The notes under the pieces are model-generated. The model made no database searches. It had not been told where the DNA came from and saw nothing but the letters and a program-made list of their open reading frames with translations. This document shows positions 36,863 to 48,509 of a stretch of DNA of 64,000 nt, piece by piece. Each line of letters starts with the position of its first letter. The first letter of the stretch is position 1. A program made the translations under genes and the position numbers. This stretch comes from Podarcis erhardii (lineage: Eukaryota), in the NCBI GenBank assembly GCA_964252035.1, contig OZ176202.1. One strand, given 5' to 3'.

Positions 36863-38077
36863 GAAAGCGCTGAGGTTTACTTCTGGATTGCAGTGCAGAC
36901 CAGGAATCCAAAGCACAATTACCTAGAGGCCTCATTTAACTTAGAATCAGTTCTCTGCAGATTGTGCTGTAAACTATTCAGTCTCACAAGGAAGGATGGA
37001 TAAATCTGACTTTCCAGTTTGTTTCACATGTTTTAAATCTAAGCTATGATTACATTCTGTGCCACTTCTGCATTCCATTTGAAAAGTATAAATAATTATC
37101 TAAAGGACAGGACATTCCTACATATTTAAGTTATGGATTGAAATAGCGGTGATGCACAACAAGAAGGTAAATAGGCAGATGACCACAAAATGTGACAATC
37201 TGAAGTCACAGTAGTGCATAATTACCCCTTAGCCAGGGGCCACAACCCTGTATTCATTACCAATCAATTAATATTGGTCAGAACCAAATAGCTTTGCATA
37301 TGCAGTTTAATCACTGCTGAAAGTGTGAGTGCAGTGACCACTTTATATCCTATCCCTTTGAGTGAAGACTTTTCTCTCATCATTTACATCAGCAAAAAAA
37401 GATTTCCCTGCTTGGGCTTTGACAGAATCCTGCTTTGTGAGAGAAAGAGCAAAAGGTCCAGGAGCTAATACCGTCTCCTTTGGAGTCTATGATGTCACAT
37501 GCAGTGCTGCAAATATACACTACTCAAACTCTCTCAAGATACTACACCATAAACCCCTGCCTATTTCCTAATGGGCATGAATTCATTGGACTCTGTGTAG
37601 GCTAGAGAATACAACTGTAACATCAGAAGCAATGAATTGGGAAGGGAAGAGAGAACTAGGAGATCCAAATGCAAATTTAATAAATAATAATCAGAGAAGA
37701 TAATCACAGCTATGCCTACTGATGGAGCCACTGAAATGTTAAAATATAATTTTCCACTCAATGCTTCATACTCTGCAAATATTACTGATATTATTTCTCT
37801 ATTTTACATTGCTTTCTGAGCATTTAGCTCAGAAAAGTGACTAATAAATAAGCAATTCTTAGCCTACTTCTACAGTGCCATCCATGAATGTGGATGCATC
37901 CAGGCCTCCACCTGCCATAGACCCCCATGGCCAGCTAATACTCCCCCAACAAATAGGAGAAGGGAGTGAGAAACAGTCTCAGACATTGCAATGTCACCTG
38001 CTGTTCAGAGAGACCCTCCTGGATTGGCATTGCTATAAAAAGAGCAGGTCAGACACAGCGAGATTTGGTTTGTTTAC

Positions 38078-38230
38078 CTAAGGGAACTCTTGCAGGCACA
38101 GCTCTGCGGTCTATCCAAAAGGACACCCAGGACAGCATGACCATCAGAGTGGCAGGGAAATAGGTCTGGAGTAAGAAGAAGAAGATATGCCGGCGTAAAG
38201 TGAAGTTGATGTAGAGGCGGTTGTACCAGC
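38078..38230 (-). CDS. GABRR1: GABRR1 exon 8 (TM1)
   Basis: GWYNRLYINFTLRRHIFFFLLQTYFPATLMVMLSWVSFWIDRRAVPARVPL; 153 nt; Pro at the TM2 2' position, as in rho1. Confidence 0.98.
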
Positions 38231-38852
38231 CTACAGGAGACAAAGAAGGTAGAAGTCAATCACAAAAGCACACATCCACACCGTACATTTAAAGTGATCT
38301 TGTACCACTTTAACAGTCATTGCATTTCCCCCAAAAATCCTGGGAACTGTAGTTTATGAAGGGTGCTGACCTCGTATAACTACAACTATCCAAACGTTTT
38401 GTACACCTTAGATGTACTCCTCAATAACAGAGACTTCAAAACAGCAGTCCCCAAAGATGACTACCATGTTGTTTGCATGGTAGTGGTAATCATCACTTGG
38501 TAGCAATAGTACTTTGAAGCTTTTACTGTACAGCAACTCCTTTCTAAACAGCCTTTTCGAAAAGCAGTTGCTACAGGATGAGATTATCACCCTGTTAATA
38601 ATAAGCTCTTTGAATTAACCCCGTACCAAAGATACTGGGTTACAGCATTGTGCACAAACCCAAATTTGGGGTTCAGCAGCACAATCTGGCATTGGCTGCC
38701 GAGCCCTTTGCAGGGAAGACAACGTGTGACATGATGCCACAGCCTCTCTGGCAAGTCCAAAGACAGTTTCTCCAAGTAGCGATCAAACCTATTTCCATAA
38801 AAATCGACAATAATTGAGCCTTGTCCAGGCCTTATTGTCAAAATTCACTCAC

Positions 38853-38993
38853 CTGTGCTGCTATAAAAGGCAAGTTTGGTGGTAGTGTGAAACTCTTGTA
38901 TGAGGAACTGGGATAGCGATATCCTCTCATCTGTTTTCAGGGAGTCGTTGCCATTCTTCCAGTACAGCATGAGATCATCTTCAGTGTAAGCAT
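38853..38993 (-). CDS. GABRR1: GABRR1 exon 7
   Basis: (Y)AYTEDDLMLYWKNGNDSLKTDERISLSQFLIQEFHTTTKLAFYSST; 141 nt; TAG| and G|GTGAGT. Confidence 0.98.
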
Positions 38994-39526
38994 CTAGAGA
39001 GGGAGGAAATATTAACTCATTTATTGTAATGAAGCCAGTTGGCACTGTGGCCTAAGTCGCGTACTGAATGCTATCTTACTGTCAACAGATATACACCATA
39101 TAGTCCAGTGACAGGATTTTATTTTCTATTTAATATGAGCTCTTATTTACTTTTCTCTCATTTAAGTGAATAGCTGCTGTTGACATATATGAGAATAAGG
39201 AAAGGACCTGAGAGCAGACTCTTTAACATCAATGTTGGGGGGTGGAGGACATGTATTGCCTCTGCTTCTCCGCAGTTCCCAGTTTCACCTCTGAAAATAT
39301 CATCCACTTCTTTTTTAATCAAGTGAAAGCAAAAGGTGGGCAGCTGCTAATTTACAAATTTTTACATTAATAATTTTACTTACTACTTTTTTTGCACAAT
39401 GCTGTACGAACCCAGTAATTAGCCACAACAAGAGATAAGAAAACAAGGGACACTGTACTGTCTGTAGATTGTTTGCTGGAGTATAAGCAACATTTTTTTA
39501 AAAAAAAACCCAACCAATATAATTAT

Positions 39527-39586
39527 TATTTTAGGCCCTCATCATCCAATCTAGTCTATTTTAGGCCCTCGTCATCCAATCTAGTC
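39527..39586. repeat. 30-bp tandem duplication
   Basis: TATTTTAGGCCCTC(A/G)TCATCCAATCTAGTC twice, 1 mismatch. Confidence 0.95.
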
Positions 39587-39956
39587 ACAGACCTGCAAGG
39601 GCCATGACTAGCAGGGGCAATAGAGGAGGGAGTTTGTACTCGGTCTCTTTTTGCAAGAGGGCTTTACTGAAATTAAAGTAGTCACAGAGAAGAAGCAGGG
39701 TGTTTGTTCCTATATCTTTGTAAGCAAAAGAAAAAAGAATTGTTGGACAATTCATTGTGAGCTGTGCTCACTCTTTTTAGGGCAGCAGTACCAATTATGT
39801 GCGCACAGCACTCATGCTGAGGTTGCATAATTCTTCCAGCACACAGCTATGGAAAGCACAGGAACACCCTTTCAGAATAAAAGCACACAACCCCTATTTT
39901 GAAACAAAATGTGAGGCATCAGCATTCGGCCTTCTTCAGAGATCCCGTTTACTTAC

Positions 39957-40039
39957 AGCTTTCAATTTCCAGTGAACACGTTTGTGTGTCAAGGGGAAAG
40001 CGACTAAAATCCATGTTACACATAGCTGTTACAGTAACC
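39957..40039 (-). CDS. GABRR1: GABRR1 exon 6 (Cys-loop)
   Basis: [27 protein letters not shown]; 83 nt; TAG| and T|GTAAGT. Confidence 0.98.
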
Positions 40040-40271
40040 CTAGAAACAGAATAAGCATATTTAAAATGTCTTCCTTTTACATGATTAAAAAGCCACATAT
40101 TTTAAAAAGAAAACACAAAGCAGGAATAATGCACGTTAGATGCATGCCTAGTTCGTAACACTTTCACATGTTTCAAGTCCGTACAATTCTTTATATATGG
40201 AGAAGTAATTCCTTTGCATTCAACTAGGCTCACTCCCTAAGGCTATAGTCCTCTGCACACATACCTAGGAG

Positions 40272-40451
40272 CAGGGGCACCGGCTCCTGGGGACCAAGGC
40301 ACTGTGGGGACCCCTATCTCTTTTTTGAGAGGGTGGGGCCCCCTCAATATTCAGAGGGCCCTATGCACGACGTCAGGACATTGTATGATGTGTGTGACAT
40401 CAAGATGTTGCTTCGGGCCCCTTCAATCATTTGGAGAAGCTGGCGCTTCTG
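40272..40451. mobile_element. hAT-type MITE, 180 bp
   Basis: Degenerate TIRs CAGGGGCACCGGCTCCT vs CAGAAGCGCCAGCTTCT; 8-bp flanks CCTAGGAG / CCTAGATG. Confidence 0.6.
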
Positions 40452-41235
40452 CCTAGATGTCCCAGTGATTCAGTGGAAGTACGTCTCATTCAACATGCAC
40501 AAGGTAGGCTGTGTTGACTCATGGGGTCTTATTTCCTTAATTAACAGGTCTGGCTTGCACTGAAAAGAAGTGAACCAGATTTGTGGTGGGAGGTATCCTG
40601 CTGACTTAGGAGCAAAAAAGGGTTGTCTTACACAAAACAAACTTGGCACATGTGAATCCCCAAAGCAGGACAACACCCAGACAACACTGTCAGGAGACCT
40701 TTGCCATTCTTGACTTTTGTTAAAAGTTGTGAAATTGACTGATAACAAATATTATGCTTACTTATCTCGAGTGAATCTAACCCCTGACATTCCAGCATAA
40801 GGTCCACTGCTGAGCTCTGGAGCACCCTTGCCCTGCTTCTCCTCCTTGCTGTTGCTATTGCTAAATCTGCAAGCAGTGACAAATGCAAAAGAGAAGGAAC
40901 AGCAGCATCTCATTCTGGGCGGTGTGAAGAGTGGGCCCAAAAGGAGACCCAAGGGAATGGGCAGTGATGGCCGTGGCAAAGGAGAGGGTCCCCTGAGAGC
41001 ATCGTTCTCAAGGGCCCCTCTAAATCTGAAGCTGACAATGGCTCCGTCCACCAGATGACTCCACATACACAAAGTCATCTGTTATTCTGAACTTGGATAA
41101 TGTTAGTGGCACAAACTTGTGATACGTCTTGATCTGGGTTACACCCACTGAGAATTCATGCACACAGCTGTATAAGAAATGAAGTCAGCATGCTTGCAGA
41201 AGCTCAACCAAGCATTTTTGTGGATTTCACCTTAC

Positions 41236-41459
41236 CTCAAGCTGTAAAGCACCTTCCCATCTGGCTGGACCCGGAGCATGACGTTATCTGTGGTGGTGTC
41301 ATGGATAAAGGATCGTTTGGAATGCACAAAGAACATATCCGGCACCCAGATCTTTTTCACTAGTCTGCCATCAAAGGTCATGCTTTGGTTGTTGGTACTT
41401 GGAAACGATAGCCTTTCATCTTTCCAGTAATGTCTAAGGTAAAGTGTCATGGTGAAGTC
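41236..41459 (-). CDS. GABRR1: GABRR1 exon 5
   Basis: DFTMTLYLRHYWKDERLSFPSTNNQSMTFDGRLVKKIWVPDMFFVHSKRSFIHDTTTDNVMLRVQPDGKVLYSL; 224 nt. Confidence 0.98.
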
Positions 41460-41505
41460 CTAGCATAAGCCAGAAATTGAGACAAGGAAAAATTAATTCA
41501 CATTA

Positions 41506-41762
41506 AAAGGTAAAGGGAAAGGACCCCTGACAGGGAAGTCCAGTCGCAAATGACTCTGGGGTTGCAGCGCTCATCTTGCTTTACTGACCGAGGGAGCTGA
41601 CGTTTGTCCGCAGACAGTTTTTCCAGGTCATGTGGCCAGCATGACTAAGCCGCTTCTGGCGAACCAGAGCAGCGCACGGAAATGCCATTTGCCTTCCCGC
41701 CGGAGAAGTACCTATTTATCTACTTGCACTTTGACATGCTTTCAAACTGCTAGGTTGGCAGG
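41506..41762 (-). mobile_element. Sauria SINE, 5'-truncated, 257 bp
   Basis: (ACCTTT)-type tail, GTCATGCTGGCCACATGACC body (minus); perfect 14-bp TSD ATTAATTCACATTA (41492-41505, 41763-41776). Confidence 0.92.
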
Positions 41763-42287
41763 ATTAATTCACATTACTATTTTTTAATCCACAAATATTT
41801 CTTAGTCCAATGTAATAAAGAAAATAAGTTTTACACTGCAATTGTAAGATTCAGGTAGAATGGCAAAGACATCCTACAAGTGTTCGGCTGCCCCATTCTG
41901 TAGTTAAAGATGTGCTGTAATAAATACATTTTTGCCATTGGAATATTGGACTGGATTTGAAACTAATGTACAAATCCATGTCTTAGGTCATACCCAAACC
42001 ATACATTTAAAGCATTCTTAAACCAATCCAATAGTCATCGTGCTCCCTCCCCCAAGAATCCTGGGAACTATAGTTTGTTAAGAGTGCTGGGAATTGTAGG
42101 TCTGTTACCAGGATTCTTTGGAGAAAACAATGTGGTTAAAATGTGTGGTGCACATGCAGCCTAAGTGTTTTCCACTCAGTAATCTCTTTTCCCACTCCTG
42201 ACGTGATGTCTGTTTTTCAGAGCAGCCCATTCCATAAAACCTCTTGTTCAGAAAGAACAACCATCCAAGCATGGGCATGACACTTAC

Positions 42288-42355
42288 CATGTCAACCTCT
42301 GAAATACTGTCCAAGCTTTCAACTTGTACATCTACTCCAACAGGAATGGCAGGGC
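42288..42355 (-). CDS. GABRR1: GABRR1 exon 4
   Basis: GPAIPVGVDVQVESLDSISEVDM; 68 nt; TAG| and ATG|GTAAGT. Confidence 0.98.
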
Positions 42356-43094
42356 CTATAAGAAACACAGCATGCAATGCATCAGAATTGTTTATATGTT
42401 TTTAAAAGAGCACATATGAAGAAGTAGTTTGCAGTAGGGCTCTCACAAAGAAGGCAAGCATGCAAAATAGTTTGCTGGCTGCCATGTCTAAGGACACAGG
42501 CAGTTACTACACAGTAAAGGACTCCAAATCATACCTGGGTTATTTGTCATTAGCTGCCAAGAAGTAACTTAGGGGTGAGCTGAACCTTCTAACAACGAAA
42601 CATTAACATTAAAGAGAAGCACACAGTTGCTAGGTGAGATCACAGGCCATTTGCACCTCTGGGCTGGTTCCCATGTAAACTAGAGGCCTTCAAAGACAGG
42701 AGGCCTTCAGATGCTTTAGACTACACTGCAATGCTGGCTGGGGCTGATGGGATACATAGTCAAAAACATCGGAAGAATACCAGGTTGGCAAAGGCTAGTT
42801 TAATATGGAGCAGATAAACTATGCATTGTGTTTTTCCTTAACTAATTACAGAGGTGGGGGAGCCTGATTCTCGCAGTGAAAGCAAACACAGGAGGCTTAT
42901 CGTTTACTCCTCCAGCAAGAGAGGATGAAGATTGAATGTGCCACCCCTACTCACAAAGTAAGAAGCACTGGGGGTCCCTATGGGCAGACCAATATCTAAA
43001 AAGCCAGGACATCAAAAATGATAATGATATTGATATATACGCAAAACACTTATGGCCGATTCACACGTGCAGGTTCATTACTTAGCTCTCAATT

Positions 43095-43290
43095 AGGAAC
43101 ATAGGAAGCTGCCTTATACCAAGTCAGACCAATGGTCCATCTAGCTCAGTATTTTCAACATAGCTGTGGCTCTCCAGGATGTTAGACAAAAAATAATATC
43201 TCCCAGCTCTACCTGGAGATGGCTGAGATTGCACATGGAACCTTTTGCATCCTAAGCAGATGCTCTACCATTGAGCTACAGCCCTTCCCC
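43095..43290 (-). mobile_element. tRNA-head SINE with CR1-like tail
   Basis: Minus strand: GGGGAAGGGCTGTAGCTCAATGGTAGAGCATCTGC ... TGGACCATTGGTCTGACTTGGTATAAGGCAGCTTCCTATGTTCCT. Confidence 0.8.
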
Positions 43291-43967
43291 AAGTGCTATA
43301 ACCACCTGTCTGCCTCCATCAATAAGTTCCATGTTCAAGGAGAAGCAAGGAGAATACGAAAACATGGTTTGAGACATTTGACACTTCGTACAGTCATGAT
43401 GTTGCAGACACACTTGTTTGAACTCAGCTAAATAGGTGTACCACTTTCCACTTTTTATACTTAGGAGATAAATATTAGAATTTCTATTTCAGCAAAGATT
43501 ATCTTAGTAAAATGCATACACAAATCCTCCTACACGAGTTAATAATGCAATTACAGAACATGAGATTTGCTAAAAGCATAAAGGTTGCTCATGAGCACTG
43601 CTGGACAAAAAAACCCCAACAAAAAACCCTCAACCTTTTACAACTAATTGAACTTGTATTGTGCATATTGCGCATGTAGTAACAATAAGCTTCCCTCATC
43701 AAGGGGTAAAATAGTACCGGTAGTTTGGATTTGAATGACCATCTGTCAGCCAGGAAAGGGTAGATAAATTACAACATTCTTTAATCTGGTGGGGCATAAG
43801 AAAGCATGTTTTCCTAATCCTCTGTCCTAAAAGCTTGGATTTTGTATAGCACGCAACCACAATGCTGGAAGTAAAACATTAACCTGGAGCAATCTAAAAT
43901 ATTCTTTCTGTAGTGAAAATGCTAGGTCAGCAAAATGGTGCATTAGTTGATGACATATTATATATAT

Positions 43968-44349
43968 TAGGGCTGGGGAACCATTTTCAATTTGATGGTT
44001 TTATTCCCTTCTGGGCAACATTCAAGGGGCCACATGGTGGTGGTGAGCAGGCAGGGCTGGAGACAAAAGTGGGTGGAGCAAGAAATGTAAATTTTACTCT
44101 TCTACAGTAGGCTAGTTTCTGCAAACACCCACAGGCCCCTCTGAGTTCTCCATCCAGGCAGCAAAGAGGCATTATCAGTCTTCAAAGGCACATTCCGGCC
44201 AGGCAAAAACACTCGAGAAGGGTATGAAGCAGGGCTGGTGAGAGGTGGGGCCTGAGGAGGGAGTGGGGCGTCAGGCAACTCCCAAAGGCCAGATAGGTAA
44301 GGCTTACAGGGCTGCATTTGGCCCCAAGGCCTGAGGTTCCTCACCTCTA
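43968..44349. mobile_element. hAT/Charlie-like MITE, degenerate
   Basis: Ends TAGGGCTGGGGAACC / GGTTCCTCACCTCTA (12 of 15 complementary); TSD not clear. Confidence 0.5.
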
Positions 44350-45501
44350 AAATAAACGAATGTGCACGTACACACACAGTTGCTGTGAAATAAAGCCTTG
44401 GGATTTCACTGCCATCTGCAGAGAAATATGACCCAACCAGGCAGTAAGGTTCAGCTTAATGCCATGAAATTTATTTTTAATAGAAGGCATGTCCATTTTT
44501 AGAACAGGCATGCCTATTTTTTTGTATTCTCAGGATTCTGTTTTTGTATACTCAGTATACTCTGCTCTATTCATCAAACACTCCTCCAGTCAAAGTGTAT
44601 TTTGCCAGTCACGTTTCTGGTCTTCATTTCAAATAAATGCTTATCCTGCAACTTCCTGGTGTTCGTGTAACAAATGTTATTGTGGGGTAGGGGGTTGTCC
44701 TGTTTCTGCTGCACTGGTGCTCTTTCAGACAGCAATAATATAATAGCATTGGGGAAAGAAAGCACAAAGAAAATGGATTTAATCCAACATGTGCCACAGA
44801 ATACATCCACAATAAAATACCAGTCTGGAGGGGTCCTAAGACTCATTTATAATTTAAGTTTATGAGGGAATTGTACTTATCTGCACATAACATTGTACTT
44901 AAAAAAATATTCTCTGGCAATTCAGATAGGCCAATAAGCTTGCAAGAGATACGCTGCAGAAACAAACAAAAGCTCATTGTTCCTAAGCTTTTCAAAAAGG
45001 CAGCTGCCCATCAGTTAAGAGACACGAACTAGCCAGCAAAGCCAAATAAACGTCACATTTAAACCACCATTCGTAATAACCCTCAAGCAAAGGGCAGTTC
45101 TTATGTTCTTATATGAGGAATATGATAGAGCCAAACTGAAGTCACTTTAGCACAACAGGAGCATTTACTGAGCTAAATAAGGTCACAGACATATTTGTGG
45201 CTTAATTTCAGTCAGGCGTCTGAACCCGTTTTAAAAACCAGAGCTGAGCCCTTCAATTCGGAAATAAGAAAAAGCGCCACAGAAAATACTCTTCCCTGTT
45301 GCCCTCAAAATACCCTTTTCCTCCCACATCTGGGATTAGCGCAGGAGGGCACTGATTCGCTCTCTTAAAAAAATATATTACTTGAGTTTTATCAAAATAT
45401 AACCACTTCACTCAAGCACACAAGCCACATCAGCTGCTTGTCACATTTCCGCCCTGCCCCCCCCCCCCAGCCTCTGCGACCATCTGGTTTCATCCTTAAC
45501 A

Positions 45502-45641
45502 CAAGGGGGAGGAGCCTGTGGTACTCCAGGTGCTATTGGACTCCAATTCCCTTCATCCCCAACTAGTATGTTCAGTGAAGCAGGGAGTGATGGGAACTGT
45601 AACCTGACAACATATGGACAGCCACAGGTTCTCCAACCCTG
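45502..45641. mobile_element. 140-bp squamate hAT MITE (related copies near 42700, 51268-51398, 57556-57694, 59000, 60880)
   Basis: Palindromic GGACTCCAATTCCC...GGGAACTGTA core, CCACAGGTT ends; TSD CCTTAACA / CTTTAACA. Confidence 0.75.
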
Positions 45642-45787
45642 CTTTAACAGCTTAATGGCAGGCAGGCAGGAATTCAACATACACAGCTCTTCTCAGCGTC
45701 AGGATGCAGCAAGAGAGGAAGCTGCACTTATTATATTTCTGCCTGCCCTGGTGTTAACTAAATGCACAGTGACTCTGTGAGGGTAGT

Positions 45788-46079
45788 CAGGGCCGGCCTA
45801 CTCATGAGGTTGGCTGAGGCAGCACCTCAGGTGGCAGAATGCCAAGAGGCGGCCTGCCCATCCTGCTTTCTCCACCGCTGGCAGAGAAGAGGCAGGGGCA
45901 CTGGCTTCCAGGGAGATCTCACAAGATCCCGTGCACTCCGTGTGATCTTGCCAGAACCCACCATCACTGCTGCTGCCACATGGACGCTGCCACATGACCC
46001 AGGTAAGGGAGGCTCTGGTGATGCGGAATGACACCTTCCTGTTTTGCCTCAGGCGGCAAAGTAGGACGTGCCACTCCTG
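45788..46079. mobile_element. hAT MITE, 292 bp
   Basis: Ends CAGGGCCGGC / GCCACTCCTG; subterminal GCCTCAGGCGGCA motifs; TSD AGGGTAGT / AGGGGAGT. Confidence 0.7.
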
Positions 46080-46248
46080 AGGGGAGTGCATGAAAGCTAA
46101 ACTTCAGGGTGAAAGCAAGGGAATACCTTTGCCTGTAGATATTGAGTATTCCTATAGACTTCTTTTAATTAAAAAAAATCACTAAGAGGTGTTTTTAAGA
46201 AAACACAGAGAGGAAAAAAGAATATCAACAGAAGTTTACATGTCATAC

Positions 46249-46355
46249 CTCCAAAACCTGGCCGCATGCTGAAGTCATGGTCATCTATTCTCAGAAGTTG
46301 CTCTGACTTTGTAAGTGGTGATTTGGTGATATCAGGACTTCGTTTCAATATTGGA
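46249..46355 (-). CDS. GABRR1: GABRR1 exon 3
   Basis: (S)PILKRSPDITKSPLTKSEQLLRIDDHDFSMRPGFG, a rho1-specific N-terminus; 107 nt. Confidence 0.98.
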
Positions 46356-47761
46356 CTATGTGGAGAAAGAGAAAAGCACAATTACACAACTGTACTACTG
46401 CACTATTCCTTAATGTGGGTTCTCCAGGGGGCTCACAGAACACCAATCTGGTGTGTGGAGACACAAATCAAGTAATTGTATTGGTTAAATGCCTAAAAAA
46501 TAGTCCAGTCCCAATATTTCCTAGAGTGGTGGATAACCTCGCCGAGTTCATTGGCAGTTCAATCCTATGTCTGTTTTCTCAGAAGTAAGTTCCACAGTGT
46601 TCAATGGAACCTCCTCTCAGAAAAGAGCATATAAGATTACAGACTGAAAGGCATGAGGAGATGAAATGATATTTGACATGCCACTGACTTCATCTCCTCC
46701 AGCTCTGCTCAAGTAACTGGACCCACCAACAATCACGGACTAGTAGGGGAGCTATGCAAAACCTTTGAAAAATAACCCCATATGATCTGGTGTATTTTTA
46801 GACAGCTAGTGTGATAGGAGTGCTAAAGCACGTTTCAGATTATTCAGTCCCTACTGAACAAACACAACATTGTGCAGCGTATAGCACGCTGTCTAATGTA
46901 TCTTTACCGTAATTGCTAAGTAAACAGGAACAGGGGCAGGGCCAGGAAGCACTGAGAAGTGAATTGTAAGCAAGTCTAAGATAGTTTTGTGACAGGCATT
47001 AAAGAAACAATGCTGCAAAGCCAACTGGCTGCAGCCCAAGAGCAAATATGGCAAGTTGGGAGCCCAGCCAGGCTGGAAGCAGGTTTGCAGAGAAAAGGCT
47101 TCCATACCTGCTCCAGATATCTTAGGAAAGGCAAAGAGAGCCTTAAAGAGTGGAGGGCGAAAACACAGAAGCAATTACTTCAGAACAGTCACCTCAGCTT
47201 AGGCCCACCTCCACACACACACACACAAGCCAAATGTAGTCCATCAGCACTGTAGGGAAGCTCACTGGCGATGTGGCAAAGCAGTTCTTCCTGTCTGAAT
47301 GGGCTTGTCAAATCAGGAAACTGCCATGCATGCGACAGGCCTCATACAGGGCTGATGTGCAGGCTGCATTTAGCTGGGTGAGTTTAAAGTTGTGCTAGTT
47401 CTGCTTGGGAAGCAAATTTGGTTGCACAGTCTAGGCGGTCTGAGCTGGATGTGTGCCTGGTTTATTTCGAAAGCAGGGCTGAGGTAATTTGCTGCTCAGG
47501 CCCACTGCTTCGATTTCAAGTTTGCAACACGCTGGTTACTTGATACGTTGACAGTGACTTGGTAGTGGTACTCAAGCCTAAATACTTTTGATCCACTGTA
47601 ACCATTGGAAATAGACTTGAGACCAAGAGCGCTGCTGGCCGGCTGCTTGTTTTCACCATTGCCAGTATCACCCAGCAGAATGGGAGGAAGAGCTAGCATC
47701 TTCCATTGGCTTTCATGCACCTGGATTTAATTTTGTATAGGAAGCTGCTTTGTACTGAATC

Positions 47762-47900
47762 AGATAACTGGTCCACCTAACTTAATATCTTCTAAGTGGC
47801 AGCAGCTCTCCAATTTCAGACAGAGCTCCATGCCAGCCCTTTCTGAAGATGCTAGGAACTTCCTGTGTGCAAAGCAGGTGCTCTACCACTGAGCTACAGC
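47762..47900 (-). mobile_element. degenerate tRNA-head SINE (same family as 43095-43290)
   Basis: GCAGGTGCTCTACCACTGAGCTACAGC on plus is a tRNA-like head on minus. Confidence 0.55.
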
Positions 47901-48455
47901 TATTGGTCCCAGACAACAGTCTTGCCTCCTGAAAACAGCTCAAAGCAACAGGCTTCTGGCATGACTTCTTGCCCAAAGGAGAAGTCTCTCTCTCCTTGCC
48001 TCCCCTGTGTGTATGTGTGTTGGCTGATGTATAGCTAGCAGCATCCAGCAGCTTTGTGTGGATCTCGCCCCTTTTTGAGTCTCTTGTGCCATGTTTACTA
48101 CAACCTCCTAAGCCCAGGTTATTATACTTAGTTATTAGTAGTGCATAGTTTATGATGCACCAGCATCTTCTAACTTCATGTATATAGTGTGAATAATTGT
48201 CTTGTGACTTGAGGCTCTAAAACACTTCACGCTGAACTTTGTGGCAAAGAGTTTTCCTCACTGTCAAGTCTGAAATAGCTGACAATGGAAAAGAACCAAG
48301 ATCTTGAAGCTCTGCTGTGTTATTCTACTAGTTACACTGGCATGGGTGTGATCTGAAAACTTTATCAGTACTGACTTCTGCTGAGGGTAGGGGTGGTTAC
48401 AAAGGAGAGAAGGCATAGGAAAGGACGTTGGCCTGTTCAATTTTTAGTAGCATAC

Positions 48456-48509
48456 CTGCCTTGCTTGTGTGATTCTCCATGTGTTTCTCTTCTCTGTCTT
48501 TGAGGCCGA
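48456..48509 (-). CDS. GABRR1: GABRR1 exon 2
   Basis: (S)RPQRQRRETHGESHKQG(S); 54 nt; TAG| and AG|GTATGC; absent from the ORF track because it is short. Confidence 0.93.

Noticed and set aside
40828-41058. 76-aa ORF resembling a signal peptide plus basic peptide, antisense in GABRR1 intron 5
   Set aside because: TTG start, no promoter or poly(A) support, and the Leu run comes from a CTC/TTG-rich stretch.
47496-47720. 74-aa ATG-initiated ORF in GABRR1 intron 2
   Set aside because: No homology recognised and the flanking splice signals are weak.
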